64,000 nucleotides of DNA from Camelus ferus (taxonomy: Eukaryota): assembly GCF_009834535.1 (NCBI RefSeq), contig NC_045696.1, positions 66,218,001 to 66,282,000 of the forward strand, written 5' to 3'. The notes under the pieces are model-generated. The model did not search any database. It was not told the origin of the DNA and was given only the letters and a program-made list of their open reading frames with translations. Below, one piece after another: positions 1 through 12,550 of this stretch. Both the position numbers and the translations under genes were made by a program. Each line of letters starts with the position of its first letter. The stretch's first letter is position 1.

Positions 1-2450
1 ACGATGGAGAGACATCTGACAGTCAAAAAGTGCAGCCCATTACTGAGAGTCTTAAAGGTCAGACTGCAAGTGACCTGCTCTTATATGCGAGTTTCACAAT
101 GACTAAAGAAGAGGTTAGCTGGATCAAATGACTATTATAAACTCACCGTTTATGTATGTCAGGACAAATGGAACAGCATAAGAGTGTTTTTTTTTTTCTG
201 AATTTCTTTGAAGTATGACAGAGAAAATTAATTTGAGACTGAGAGAATAGAAAAGGAGAGCTATCAATTTGGAATTTGACAAATAAGGCCTGCTGATACA
301 ACGTGCCAAGTCTGAGATAAAAAACGAACTTATTAGGAAAGCCGAAGTCCTTGTGAAGAAGTTTCTTTTCTTAAAATTTTTTTGCCAGTCAGGCTTTTTA
401 AATTTTTTTTTTCTTTTGTGTTATTCTTCTTCTTACTGTGCTTCCAAAATCTTGAGCTATGATCAGATCATCAGCACTATCATCATCACGGGAAAAAAAA
501 ATACATAAAAAGTGGGTGTGAACTTTCTCTGGGTTATGTACAAGCTAGCAAATTAACACCTTAAACTGCACCTTTAAGCTTTCAGCCCCGGTGGCGGAAA
601 CAAGGAACCTACTAAAACCAGACAGGAGCGTTCATATACATCTATTTACATATATGCAATATGTATATAGGGCAAGGATAAATTCGTGGTGCTGCTTTCT
701 CATATGCATACATACACGGGTACACACACACATCCCACACACACCAGGCAGTGCTCTTGCTATATATGTATACGTACACACAAACACCCATGTGCCATGC
801 TTTATTTAGCACTTTGCCCATCTGTTTAAGAAGTTCCCATCTATTCCCTTCAATTCCCATTAAGTGTGAGCGAGTGTTTCCCATTTAGGATCAGGTGCCT
901 CCATCTTTTTCTTCGCTGTGCACGTGGTATGCAGCGCTCAAAGCACAGAAGGCACTTGGTACATATTGTTTGAACTAAATTGGATTGCAGGGTGAAGACT
1001 TTAGGTAATCAATTAAATCAATACAACCTTGATATAATATGTAACATAGGCACAGTAAGACTTGGTTTAAATCTATAATCAGAATAGTTCAAGTCCTGGA
1101 GATTTGAAGAATTATGATGCAGAAGAAAGGATGTATCCAGACATAGAAGTCGCAGAACCCAGGTGTGAATTTCAGCTCTGTTATTAATAGCTGTGTGACT
1201 GGGCGGGGGGGGGGGGGTGATTTATTTAACATCTGGTTGTTTGAAACATCAAACCAAATAACCTGTACAGGCGACTTGTACGTGATAAGGACTCGATAGA
1301 TGCTGCTTTCCTTTTCCTTTTATGTTTTGATCAAATTCTAGCTCTTTAACATTTGGAAATAATAACTTTGTCTTTTGTGGATTTTGAATATGCACTCTTT
1401 CTCCCACTTTAAAGAATATTAAATGCTTAAAAATATTAGAACTTTGAATTAGTTCAGTTACGCTATCCATTGTTTTATTCAGCAGACATGCATTTTCCAC
1501 TGTAGTAAGTAACTGTGAAGTACACATGTATACTTAAGGATGCTAATATAGATGGAGACCTTCCAGTGGAGCACCAATAAGGCTAACACGGCCGTTTGGA
1601 GACTGAGATCTATACGTCAGACCTATGTGACCGTGGAAAAATCGTTTCTCCATTTTCTGGGTCGCAGTTCCTCTACTTTTCAAATGAGGAAGTTATATCG
1701 TATCTGAGGGTTATCTTAAGAGTTTTGAGGTTTGTTTGCTAGAATTTGTGGGAAGCAACAGAGGCAGAAGGGGGAAGAGACAGTTATTTAGCCTAGTTGA
1801 AGAATGGGTTCATTCTTTTGAATTTCCTCTATCCCTTAAGTGTTCAGAATTGAAGTGCACCCTTTTTCAAACAATTGTTCCTAAAAAAACTTAGATCTTT
1901 GATTACGCTTGCTTTGTAATTTGAATTATTATTGTTTCCAACAATGACAGTTAATCTTATCCTTGTATTCTCTCTTTGTGCAGCCCTTCCATTTCAACCA
2001 CTTGCTGAGAGCATCCTGTGTGTCAGCTGCCTTGGTGCTCTGGGCACTGCACAGACTAAGACACAGTCCCTGTTGTCGAGCTGTTCACAGCCTAGTGAGA
2101 GACTGCGAGAGAGACTAGGCAACTGGGGATGAACAAAATAAGTTCTCTAATTAGGGCATGAGAAGGTGGGGAGCATCAAGGGTGGAGAATTTAATTCTGA
2201 CTGAAGGAAGCAATGCTTATTAATCTGAAAATAAATGAATTTTATGTTCCCATACACTTTTTTCAGAATGACTGTTTCCTTAAAAAAATAAAATAAAATT
2301 TGAGAATAAACCAAATTAGGTCCTGTGATTCTACCAATAAAAGGTTTTGCTCCGAAGTGTCAGATCCCTCTGGCCTTGATGAGATAAGAATCTGATAAGC
2401 AGGGGGGATTTTCACCATAACTGCCCTATCCCTTAATCCTGATTTCAGGT

Positions 2451-4270
2451 CACTCATTCATTCAACAAATATTTATGGGGCAAATTCTCTGTGCCAGATA
2501 CTGTTCTGTATTCTCGGGATATAGAAATAATTGAACTGACAAAGGTTCACCTTTGTTCCTTGGAAAAATGGCAGATTCTAAGACAGGGACAGGAAATATA
2601 CAGGATAATCCTGGATCATCTCGTAATGCTGGAAATTAAGAAAGTGCTGAAAACAATTGATGGAAATATGTCAAGGAACAACAGGAAGCACTCCTAGTGG
2701 CCAAAGGTGGAACAACCTGAGCAACAAAATTAAGTAGTGCTGGATTATAAACCAAAGCACTAAAGAAAATACCCTTGAGTTTGTACTGATAAAAGTTAAA
2801 TGACTGAATTCCAAATAATTTACATATTGGAGCGTAACTACAGTTGGACACAATTACAGTTGGAGCGTAACTCCTCCCTCACTAAGTGTGGACTGTTCAG
2901 AGTGACTTCCTTCCAAAGACTACAGTATGAAAAGATAAGGGGAGGGAGGTAACAGTACAGGAGAGAAATTGGATAAACACTACGTCAGCTAGCTGATCAA
3001 GGTCAACATCATCAGCTATAATTCTTGTTGATAGTATGCACTCTTGATATGATGTGATAAAAATGGCAATTTACCTCTATGATCGCCCTCTCTGAAACCC
3101 TATAACCTTAGTCTTATCATGAGAAAAACATCAGAAAGTTTCCAAGACAGGGATATTCTGCAATATATCAGCCCATTACTCTTCAAAACCGTCAAAAACA
3201 TCAAAAACAAGGAAAGTCTGAATAACTGTCCTAGCCAAGAAGTGCCTAAGGAGACTTGACAGCTTAATGTAATATAGTCTGCAGAAGGGATTCTGGATTA
3301 GAAGGAGGACATTAAAGAAAAATTAAGGAAATCTGAATAAACTATGGACTTTGGTAAATAATGTTTCAATATTAGTTCAATAATTGTGACAAATGTACCA
3401 TACTAAAGTAAGATGTCAGTAATAAGAGAAACCAGGCACCAGATATATGGGAACTCTCTGTGCTAAATTCTCAATTTTTCTGAAAATATAAAGCTGTTCC
3501 AAAAAGTAAAGTCTATTTAAAAAAATTCACCACTGAACAGAGCTAAATAATTTATGTAAAAGAAGTTGTAAAATCCATAGTATCAGATGAAACAAATCTT
3601 ATGGAAAAAAAATTAAGCAAAAAAAAAAAAAAAAAAGAATAGAGCTTGCTGGGTATAATAGCATTTTACCTAGAGTGACGAGAGAAAGTCTACTTGAGAA
3701 GATGACATTTGAACAAAGATTTATAAGGTGAGACAGGAAATCACACAGCTAACTGGAGAAAGAGATTTCAAGGAGCTGGAATAGCAAGTGCAAAGGCCCT
3801 GAGGTAGGAGCATACTTGTCATGTTTAAGGAATAGCAAAGACACCAATTTGGCCGTAATGGAATAAAAGGTAAAGTAAGAGATATAATGTATGACTTGAT
3901 TACATAGAGCCTTTTAGCCACTGTAAGATATTTATCTCTTATTTAAGGTGAGATGAACTGTTGTAAATATTGAACAGAGAAATTTACATGATCTGATCTA
4001 ATTTTTAATGGGATCGCTCTGAGTGCATATCATAGACTGCAGGGGAGGCTATTGCAATAATCTACATGAGAGATGATGGTGGATTTGACTCGGGATTTGG
4101 AGGCAGAATTGGTGAGAGGTGTTTGATTCTGGATAAATTTTTAATGTAAAGCCAACAGATTGCTGAATATTTGAATGGAGGGTGTGAGAAATAACAAAGA
4201 GGATGGAGAGGACACCAACTAAATTTGGAAAATTGTAAAAGGAGCAGGTTTATGGTAGAGGATCAGGAGT
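2451..4270 (-). mobile_element. L2 LINE, interrupted by an L1
   Basis: L2 3' end cattcattcaacaaatattta at ~2455. L2 body motifs resume after ~3560 (agcaagtgcaaaggccctgaggtagga; gctattgcaataatc). Confidence 0.8.
2553..3526 (+). mobile_element. Old L1 (L1MC/L1MD-like) 3' UTR fragment
   Basis: Typical 3' terminus tatatgggaactctctgt...aagtctatttaaaaaaa. Splits the L2. Confidence 0.75.
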
Positions 4271-4277
4271 TCATCAC

Positions 4278-5640
4278 CAAGTTTCTTTTCTTCTCTGTCC
4301 TAAATATGTTTCAGATTTTCTTTTTTGCTATTTCCACTGCCACTGCTTGTGGGAGCCCATGATTGGGTTAACACACTGTAACAGATCCCAGCCACTTATG
4401 TCCTTAAAGAAGATGTGCTTAGTAACTGCCTTGAGGTTTTAGCAATGACCCAGGCCCCCCCGCTATAAATGCTGGGCTGCCTGCTGTTAGTCTTCTATCC
4501 CCAAAACAGCCTTGGGCTGGAATGGTAAACAACTTATAGAAAGCTGCAGACTTAGAGGTGAGAAGGCTGGTTAGCCAATGACGGGTAAGACCCCCTGAGG
4601 GGGGCAACCTAAGACAGGCACAGCCGCCTGAGTCCAAGTTGTCAAGCAGCTGTTTCTCATACTTTCCACCCTGATAAGCTGAATGGCTCAACACGAACAT
4701 GATTCACCAAAAAGGGTCTTCTGACCTTGAGCCAAACACCAACAATAAACAAAGCCTTTGTACTCATTGTGATCCCACTCTGTCCTTCCCTAAATTCCTG
4801 TATTCCTCCTTTGACTGTACTCAATAAATATGGGAGATCTGAGAGGCTCCCGGAGTTGGCTCCCAACTCCCTCTCGCCCTCTTGACTTTTCCATAGAGTC
4901 TTGAGTAATTCACTCCGTCTCGGTGGGACTTCTGCTGGCCAGAACCCACAACTGGTGACGAACCCACAACTGCTGTCATCAAATATCTATCATTCTTTCT
5001 CCTGGTCCTTTGCCATAGCCTCCTAAATGGACTTTCTGCTTCATTCTTGTCCTCCTACTACTGGTTTCCCTCCAGAAAATGAATAGAATCTTGTAAAAAT
5101 GTAAATGAATTAAATCATTCACTGCATAAAGTCCTCCCAATGATTTCCATTCACTTCTTGTAGCTAAATCCAGATCCTGTCTGTACCATCAACCTCATGT
5201 CCTTACTTACTAAACTCCAGTTACTCTGGTCTTTTCTCTGTTCTTCACTGCAAGCTCTTTCCTTCCCTGCCCCACTCTCTACTTCTTACCCCACTTCCCA
5301 CACTGTCACTACCTCACCCAGGGCATTTGCACAGACTGTTCCTTCTGCCTGGAATACATTTCTCATGATTAGTGCTTTCTTGGTCTTTGCACCTCAATCT
5401 CAGAAAGACTTCTTCTTTGTTCTCTGTTTGAAACAAACTCCCTCTCTCCTTGTTATTCTGGCTCAGCCAAGTGTTTATTTCTTATCACAATTTGTCATTT
5501 GGTGCTTTTGATTGTCTCTCTTTCCATTTAACTTATAAACTCTATGAAATCAGGGGCCAAATCTGTTTGGTTTCATAATTTTCCCAAGTACCTAATACAG
5601 AACGATAAACAGCATTAGGAGCTCAATAAATACTTGATGT
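4278..5640 (+). mobile_element. L2 LINE, interrupted by the solo LTR
   Basis: cagggcatttgcacagactgttccttctgcctggaa motif and 3' end taggagctcaataaatacttg. Confidence 0.8.
4348..4968 (+). mobile_element. Solo LTR, ERV2/ERVK-like
   Basis: Inverted termini TGTGGG...CCCACA. Perfect 6-bp TSD ACTGCT (4342-4347 and 4969-4974). TATAAA at 4464; AATAAA at 4744 and 4823. Interrupts an L2. Confidence 0.85.
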
Positions 5641-6329
5641 ATTAACACATTTTGAGTTTTTCCAATTATTTTATTAATACATTTCCTTGAGCAGGTCCTT
5701 GCCTCAGTTTTACACCCTCATCTCGGATGCAAAACCATGGAGTTCATAGTTTCACAGAGAAACACTGGTAAATACTTAACCTATAAAAGCCGCTCAGTAG
5801 CTACCCTTGGTGATAAAATCTCACTGAGTGGGCCTCTTTTCTGCTCCAGTGGAGTAAAAATAGGCACTGCTTAGCAACCAGCATTTTGTACTGAGCTCTC
5901 TCCTCCGAGGAAGGCAGAGTGATGCTAGGGCTCAAACAGTGAAGAGACTTAGGAACTGGTATGAATATTAAACAATTAGGGAGAAATGCTTTAGAGAAAA
6001 GGCTCCAAACAGTTGCTCCAAAAAGAACATGAACAGGACCTGTTAGTGGTGAAAGGATCTCTTTTTACAGGAAACCTTTGCATCTCCTAAATTAAGGAGC
6101 ATACACTGGCCAGATTACAGAAGATTCTTCCTGTGCATCACAATAGGCTGACTGCACACAGATCTTCCTTACCTTCCTGCTTAACAGGACTCCTTGCTTT
6201 TATTACCACACTCACCAATCATGGAAATAAAGTTAAAACCAAATTAAAAACTGAGTTTTGTTTGTTAGCTTTGAGCTTTGGTTTGGGTTTTGACTATTAA
6301 CCCCAAAGTGTGTGCCAACTGGTATATTA

Positions 6330-6800
6330 CAAGCGTCTCAGTTCTATTTCTGCCACTCCACCTTTGTACAAATGTAGGCAAGTCACTTTTGCTCCCTGAG
6401 ACTCATTTTCCTCAACTGTCAAAGGAGATGATTCAGTGATCTCCAAAGCCTCTTTTAGATCTAAAAATAAGTTATGGAATCATCTTATTTTTGTCAACAA
6501 TCTAGTTTCCAGACACAACTATTAGCTTACAATTTATAAACAATGTAATGATTTCAGAAGTTTGACTAAATAAAATATACTTACATTTTCAGTACCAGGC
6601 ATTCTCATTTATATATCTCATTTAATTCTCCCAAAAATCTTCTGAGGAAGGTCATGTGAGTATTTCACAGACAAGAAAACTAAAGCTCAGAAAAGCAGTG
6701 TACAGCCCCAAATCACATAGAGGTACTAAGTAATATTAGTAAATAACATGAATATTTTAATCCTGATTATCTGATTCTTAAGTGTAGAGAATTTTCCAAC
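6330..6800. mobile_element. Two MIR SINE fragments in opposite orientations
   Basis: ggcaagtcactt...ctcattttcctcaactgt (+) and tttcacagacaagaaaactaaagctcaga (-) MIR cores. Confidence 0.65.
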
Positions 6801-6829
6801 ACGTCAGAGCTGAGTTCCCTTAAAATTAC

Positions 6830-7585
6830 ATAAGTAAATTAACAATAACTTGTCTTTCTGCTCCAAATGCATCCTTCAGTACATACTCGATGATCAAAAA
6901 TGGGATTCCTACCATCATTTCTCCTTATAAATGGACACCAAGCTTTCTCATTAGAGGGCGGTGGGGGTACACTGTAGAAGGCAAAGGCTTCCTCCACGGA
7001 CTAGAGGTCAACAACGCGGGTGTGCGAACGTATGTTGAGCCTGCCCCAGCCACGGGCTCGGAACGCCGTCTCTCTAGGACCTTTCAGCCTCCGCCGGGTG
7101 ATAGTCTTCCCACAGCCACCTGTCTAGCCTCTCTGGGTGAGCCCCAACTCCCTGTGGCCCAGAGGGTCACACACCCTGCAGTGCTTTCATCGACAAGCCT
7201 TTCCCAACCCCAGCAGGGTCTGCCTCCCTCTGAAGCCCTTCTGCCCTGCGGGGGCCGGGTTTCCCGCTGCCCTCCTGCACCAGTTTGCTGACTCCTGCAG
7301 CTCATTTGCAAACAGAGGCTTTGGCAATAGCTGTTTGTCTTGCAACTCCAGACCAATCCCAGCCATCTCCGCTATCCGGTGGCTGAACCACACTTTCTTC
7401 AGTGAGATCTAAATCCCTTCCAAATTTGTGGTTTCTTGGGCACTCTGTCAGCCCCAGGGTATCATAGAGCTTCCTTATATCTTAGTTATTTTTTTTTTAT
7501 CATGGCTAATAGTTCTTATAGTTAACTTCCCCTGTTAAATCTAAGTGGTTTCCATTTACCTCCTGCCTGGGCTCAGACTGTTACA
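6830..7585 (-). mobile_element. Ancient ERVL/MaLR-type LTR (LTR41/MLT1-like)
   Basis: Minus strand starts tgtaacagtctgagcccaggcaggagg...aaaccac and ends with gccctctaatgagaaagctt...aaggagaaat...gaaggatgcatttggagc, resembling remembered consensus. Subfamily uncertain. Confidence 0.55.
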
Positions 7586-8734
7586 TCAATGGAATTAAAT
7601 TTGTGATACATTTCAACAGAGTGTTGTATTTATTAGGGGGCGGGTGAAGCTCTATGATAGCGAATATCATATTTTGGAGAGGATAACTTTCAATAAACGT
7701 TGATCTCAGGTTCATTCTAATTGATTTAATGGAGCAGGGAGGGAAGATTGTCAAAGACAGGTCTAGCAACCAGCCCCAAGGGAGTACTGAGAAGAAATTT
7801 GGGTCATCAAAAAATGCATATTCAATTTTGGTTCCAAATATCTATCTTTTCTCTTATTTTTAATATTGTGAAACCATTTTGAAATAAAAAAAAATATCAA
7901 TACAATTGGGAGTGAAACTGGCCTCTCATGATAGCTAGGAAGTTTTTGTCTGGACACTTCTGCCCTTTAGGAACTTAAAGAGAAGACTCTAATGGGATGA
8001 CACAGGAATCCATCTTGTGTCTAATTTGGTTCAATGTTTCTGCCACTGGATAAAAACAAAATAGGGAGATTTGTTAAACTTTCAAATAACAGATGCTAGG
8101 AGGAAAAACAAACAAACAGGTATAGAATAGAGAACCACAAAGATGCATATAGAGCTGAGGCTAAACACTCTGTAACTGAACAGAGCTGAGTTTTCAGTAG
8201 ATTTATATTTCAAGGCAGTTCTTAAAATTGTACAGCTCTTCCCAAAGGAGAGAAAGTTTACTATTTTCTCAGTAAGAAATTGTGTGCGTTGCCTCTCTCT
8301 GCTGATTTCTCTTGGTGAAGTGAAACCCTTGATGAATTTTCAGGAAGATTCCTAAGTACAAAGCATTTGCTCTTTTGATCTTGATTTCTCTTAACAGTGT
8401 GTAAGGATCAGACATGGGCTATGCCTACACGAAACCATAAATCTGGTCAATTCAAATTAAAAAGGAAAGCAAGTCAAATGAGTGAGAAACAAATCAAGAG
8501 GATGTCAGCTCAAAACGACTCCTTGCATGACTCAGTTTCCAGTTTGCATGTCCATACGGGGGTTTATGAAGCACACATAACCAGTGATAATTTGAGGTGG
8601 ATTTGTGGTAGCTATAGGCAGAAATTATCAGTCCATAATTAAAAATGAGTTATCATATATATATATATATGGCTTAGGTAAAGTCACCCTAGAGGATTTA
8701 CAATGATCAAGAATAGTATGTTAAAAATACCTAA

Positions 8735-9040
8735 TATTTCTTGAGAGCATCCTATTTTCCAGGCACTGTAGTAAGCACTTTGCTTGTCTTAGAGATTAAG
8801 TAACTTGATAAATTCATACGGCTGGAAAATTAGTGATGTTGGATTTGAATTCCACTATGTCTGACTCCAAAGCCATTTTCCTGCACTGCCAGAGTTGAAA
8901 GGAGCCTAGAGATCATTTAGTGCGCCCTGTTTTATGGGCCAAAGAGGCCTGAGAAGAGAAAGGCCATGAACATACAATGAACTCACAGAATTAGAACTCA
9001 AACCTACACTTCCTGACTCCTTGTCTGCTATGTTTTCCAT
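8735..9040 (-). mobile_element. MIR fragments
   Basis: ccaggcactgtagtaagcacttt...ggatttgaattcc...tctgactccaaagcc. Confidence 0.6.
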
Positions 9041-11220
9041 CACATACAGCTTGTAAGGGATATCAGATTCTCTTTGGTGCTGCAGAGAATGTTTCTGGGC
9101 CTCTGTATCAAGAGACAGAGTATGGTGGAGGTGGAGTGGGGAGAGGGTAAGACAACGGTTGAATGCATTTGAATCAGAGTGTATGGAGGAGTAGTGGTCA
9201 GCTGTGGATAGCTCAATACGTAATTTTCGAAGCTTACGAAGGGACAGTTACTGTGCCGGGTGCTCTAGCAGAGCAATAAATCAATCAGGTATAAATCTTC
9301 CATTCAAAAGAACAGTAGTATAGTAGAGGAAAAGTATAATTTGATACAAAGCAGCCTTGTTTAAATTCACAGGGCTTTTGTTTTTTGTTTTTTGTTTTTT
9401 AGATTATTGGCTTGGGTAATTTACTAGTGTCTTCACTGTATTGTAAGTTCCATAGCATAGTGTTTAAAAGCTCAGTCATCAGATTACACTGCGTCCTGAG
9501 TTTGAATCTCAGATACAAAACTAATCAGAAGAAAGCAAGAAGGAAGAAAGGAAGGCGGGAGGGAAAAAAGGAGGGTGGGAGGAGTGGAGGAGATACCAAT
9601 TAACTTCATTGTATAAAGTAGTCCTTGTTGTCTTGAGGCAAGTCACAGAAGGTATCTGAGCTGAGCTTAGAAGACTTCATGGGGTTTCAATATGTGGAAC
9701 AAAATAATCTATTCAACTTCAAATGCTGTGTTATTCTCAGAGTTGTAAGAAATTTATAAAAATGAGAAGCCAATTTAAAATTTCTCTCTTTTTGCCGTTC
9801 TAAGTGGATGGGTAAGAATTTGTGTCCTAAGTCTAAGACAAGGCGACGAGTCCGCAGCCACAGGTATCTTTTGACTGGTCCGTGAAGCATATTAGACATG
9901 TAACATTATTTGCTAACCTTTAAAAATCAACAAATGTTCATACAAATGGCATTTTCTATATATTCATCCCTGGTGAAAACAGACATGAGTGACTAAGGTC
10001 CAGGAACTATTTTTCCAAATTTTCTGAACTCCACAAGCCGTCCAGACTCATGCATGATTCTGAGGGAGAGAGGAGACCCCTCTGCCCTTCTAAAAATAAT
10101 GACTGAGATAAATTTACTGCCGATCCTTCTGGGCAGAGGCAAATCCAGATATATTTGATTTAGGATAATAAATAAATGTGAGGTTTGGGGCATACGAACA
10201 AAAATTTATCTTTTCCCAAGTGTAGATGGAAGTAGAACAGAGCATTTAGGTTGAGAGAAAAAGCAGCTCAAAGGGTGTTCAGGGAAGATAAACAGGTGAA
10301 GGAATAATTACGCGGGGTGGGATAAGGTGTTGGTAAAGGGAGGAATAAAATGAGAAATGTGGGAAGGTGGGTACCTGTGTCACATTTTAGAAGTTCTTGA
10401 ATGAACACCACACTGAAGTGTGTCAACTAAGCCCTTTCCTCCTCCTATTCTTTTTTTTTCAAGAAAAAATTTCAAAACCTTTTAAAATATGCACGACAAT
10501 CTAAACAAAAATTAAAGTTAAAGAAAAATATTTTCTCAATATCCCATTCAATTAAAATAGCTTCTTTCTTCCCATATTTCCCCTTAAGTTCTTATTCATC
10601 ATTTATCATAGTCCGTAAATATTTTCTAAAATATGTCTGTAAGAGGGTTGTAGTGTGGAACAGTGATTTGGCCCCATAATGACTGCTCGGTCACACAGCA
10701 TTGTAGTGCTTGCCTTTACCAAGTGCTTCCGTACCTATTATTACTCAAATCTTACAACAGTCTCTGAGAGAGGGGAGATTATATTTCGCACCAGATGGAG
10801 GTAAATCGCACGTCTTGTGTCTCCGGGCCCACACAGTTTGCAACATCCCCCAATCATCACTGCAGTTCATTTGGTCTCGATGCTCTTTAGGGCTAAAGAG
10901 GGCAGGCTGACCAAGAACCAGGTCTTGGGTATTGAGCAGAATCGTGAGGCTGGGAAGTGACCAGCCTACAGGTGCAAACCCTGTGTTCTAGGAGGGGACA
11001 ACGGAGCATGTGTGAGAGATGCAGGCGTCCCCGTGGGCAGGCAGAGAGGCAGCTCTGCCCTGGGTTTCAGGGTACTGAGCAGAACCACAGTCTATGGAGG
11101 GCAAGTCTGCAGAGCATGAGGAAGAGTCCGTATCCACGGCCTCCTGAGCATCTTAGGAAGACAGAACTCAGGAATGATACTGAAGATTCCAGGAGAAAGC
11201 CAGTGTCAGAGCATTATAAA

Positions 11221-11388
11221 CAGCCACGTTTCCCAAACTTTCAGGTGCATTTGAATCACCTGGGGGTCTTTCCAAAAATGCACATTTTGATTGAGTAGGT
11301 CTGGGGTAGGACCTGAGATTCTGCATCTCTAACAAACTCTAAGGTATTGAAGATGCTGATGGTCCTCTCCTGAGTAGCAAAGCTCTAC
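11221..11388. mobile_element. MER5A-like hAT-Charlie MITE
   Basis: gaatcacctgggg...agtaggtctggggtaggacctgagattctgcatctctaacaa. Confidence 0.8.
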
Positions 11389-12059
11389 AGCAAAACAAAC
11401 AAGTCAGGGCACATTAGCTACCAGGAGCCCTAGGGCTGCCTTAGGTGAGGATCCACCCTGAAGACTCGAAGGCTGATCTAGCAAGCGGGGATCTCTCAAT
11501 CTTTGCAGCGCAGAATGAGAGGGCAAAAGAGTTCAGCACAAGATGAGCATGACTCACTCCCTCAGGCACTGTGGGATGGCAGTTGTGATGGAGAAGACTC
11601 TCAATTCAGCACGTAAGAACTCCTCCAAGACCCACAAGTCATACAGGGCCGTTCTGAAGCAATCAAATACACAAACACTTTTAAAACGGACTTTCAAATT
11701 TTTGCAGAAGAATCAGAGTCAGTCCTTTTAGACCCTGCCCTACGTTAGTGGGATATCATAAGTGCTAGATTTTTATTGTTTTAAAACTGGCAGTAAATTT
11801 GGGAGCACGGCTCAGCTTCTGTAGCTTGCCCAAGGGAGCTGAAAATAGGACTCATTGGCAGAGAATGTCATCTGCTGTGTTTGAGATTAAAACAAAAGTC
11901 AGATGGGCCCCAAAGACAGAAGAAGAGGTGGGGCAGATGGGAAATGCCCACCATGGGTTATATAAAACACAGGATGAGAAACTTGCTTGTATTTTACCCT
12001 TTTAACCAAAAGCACGTTAGGGAAGTGTTCACCTTAAAATGAGGAGGGCAGCTGTCTAA

Positions 12060-12550
12060 TGGCAAAGATAAGGCTGGACACGAGCTAAAGTGGTCAGGAC
12101 AGATTTTAATCAGTAATATACTATTGCAATGGGGAAGAAGAGTAAAGCATGGACGGAATTCAATTTAGATCTGTACAGAGGTGAACTGGGCACTTAAAGG
12201 GAGAATGGGAAAATAGAAGGGAGTGAGGGACGGCTCAGAAGAGCTGGGGGGGGGGTGAAAGAGTACAATAAGCAGGAAAGGGGGGTTCCTTGTGGAGCCC
12301 ATCTGCGTTGGTTACCTGGCGTTTGTCAAAGTTAGGCTCCTGGTCTCCCCCAGAGGCTGAGAGACAGGGATGCTATCTTTAGCGAACCAAAAACTCTCTT
12401 GGCAGCCTTGAGTTTTCTCAGGCAGGTGGTTTAAGAATCATCCTAAGGATGAGCCTTGAGCTGTTGAAAATGATGTTAGTGTTTTGTTCAAGTCTTCATA
12501 GGCCAAGGGTAAGGCCTAGCCAAGAAGCTCAGCAAAGATAATCTTTGTCA
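12060..12550 (-). mobile_element. ERV1 solo LTR (MER67/MER31-like)
   Basis: Termini tggcaaagat/atctttgtca are a 9/10 inverted match. 4-bp TSD CTAA (12056-12059 and 12551-12554). Minus strand gacttgaacaaaacactaaca...cctgcctgagaaaactcaaggctgcc. Confidence 0.85.

Noticed and set aside
6890..7412. Four overlapping ORFs (68-133 aa) on both strands
   Set aside because: They lie in a GC-rich LTR where stop codons are rare. No recognisable domain or splice context.
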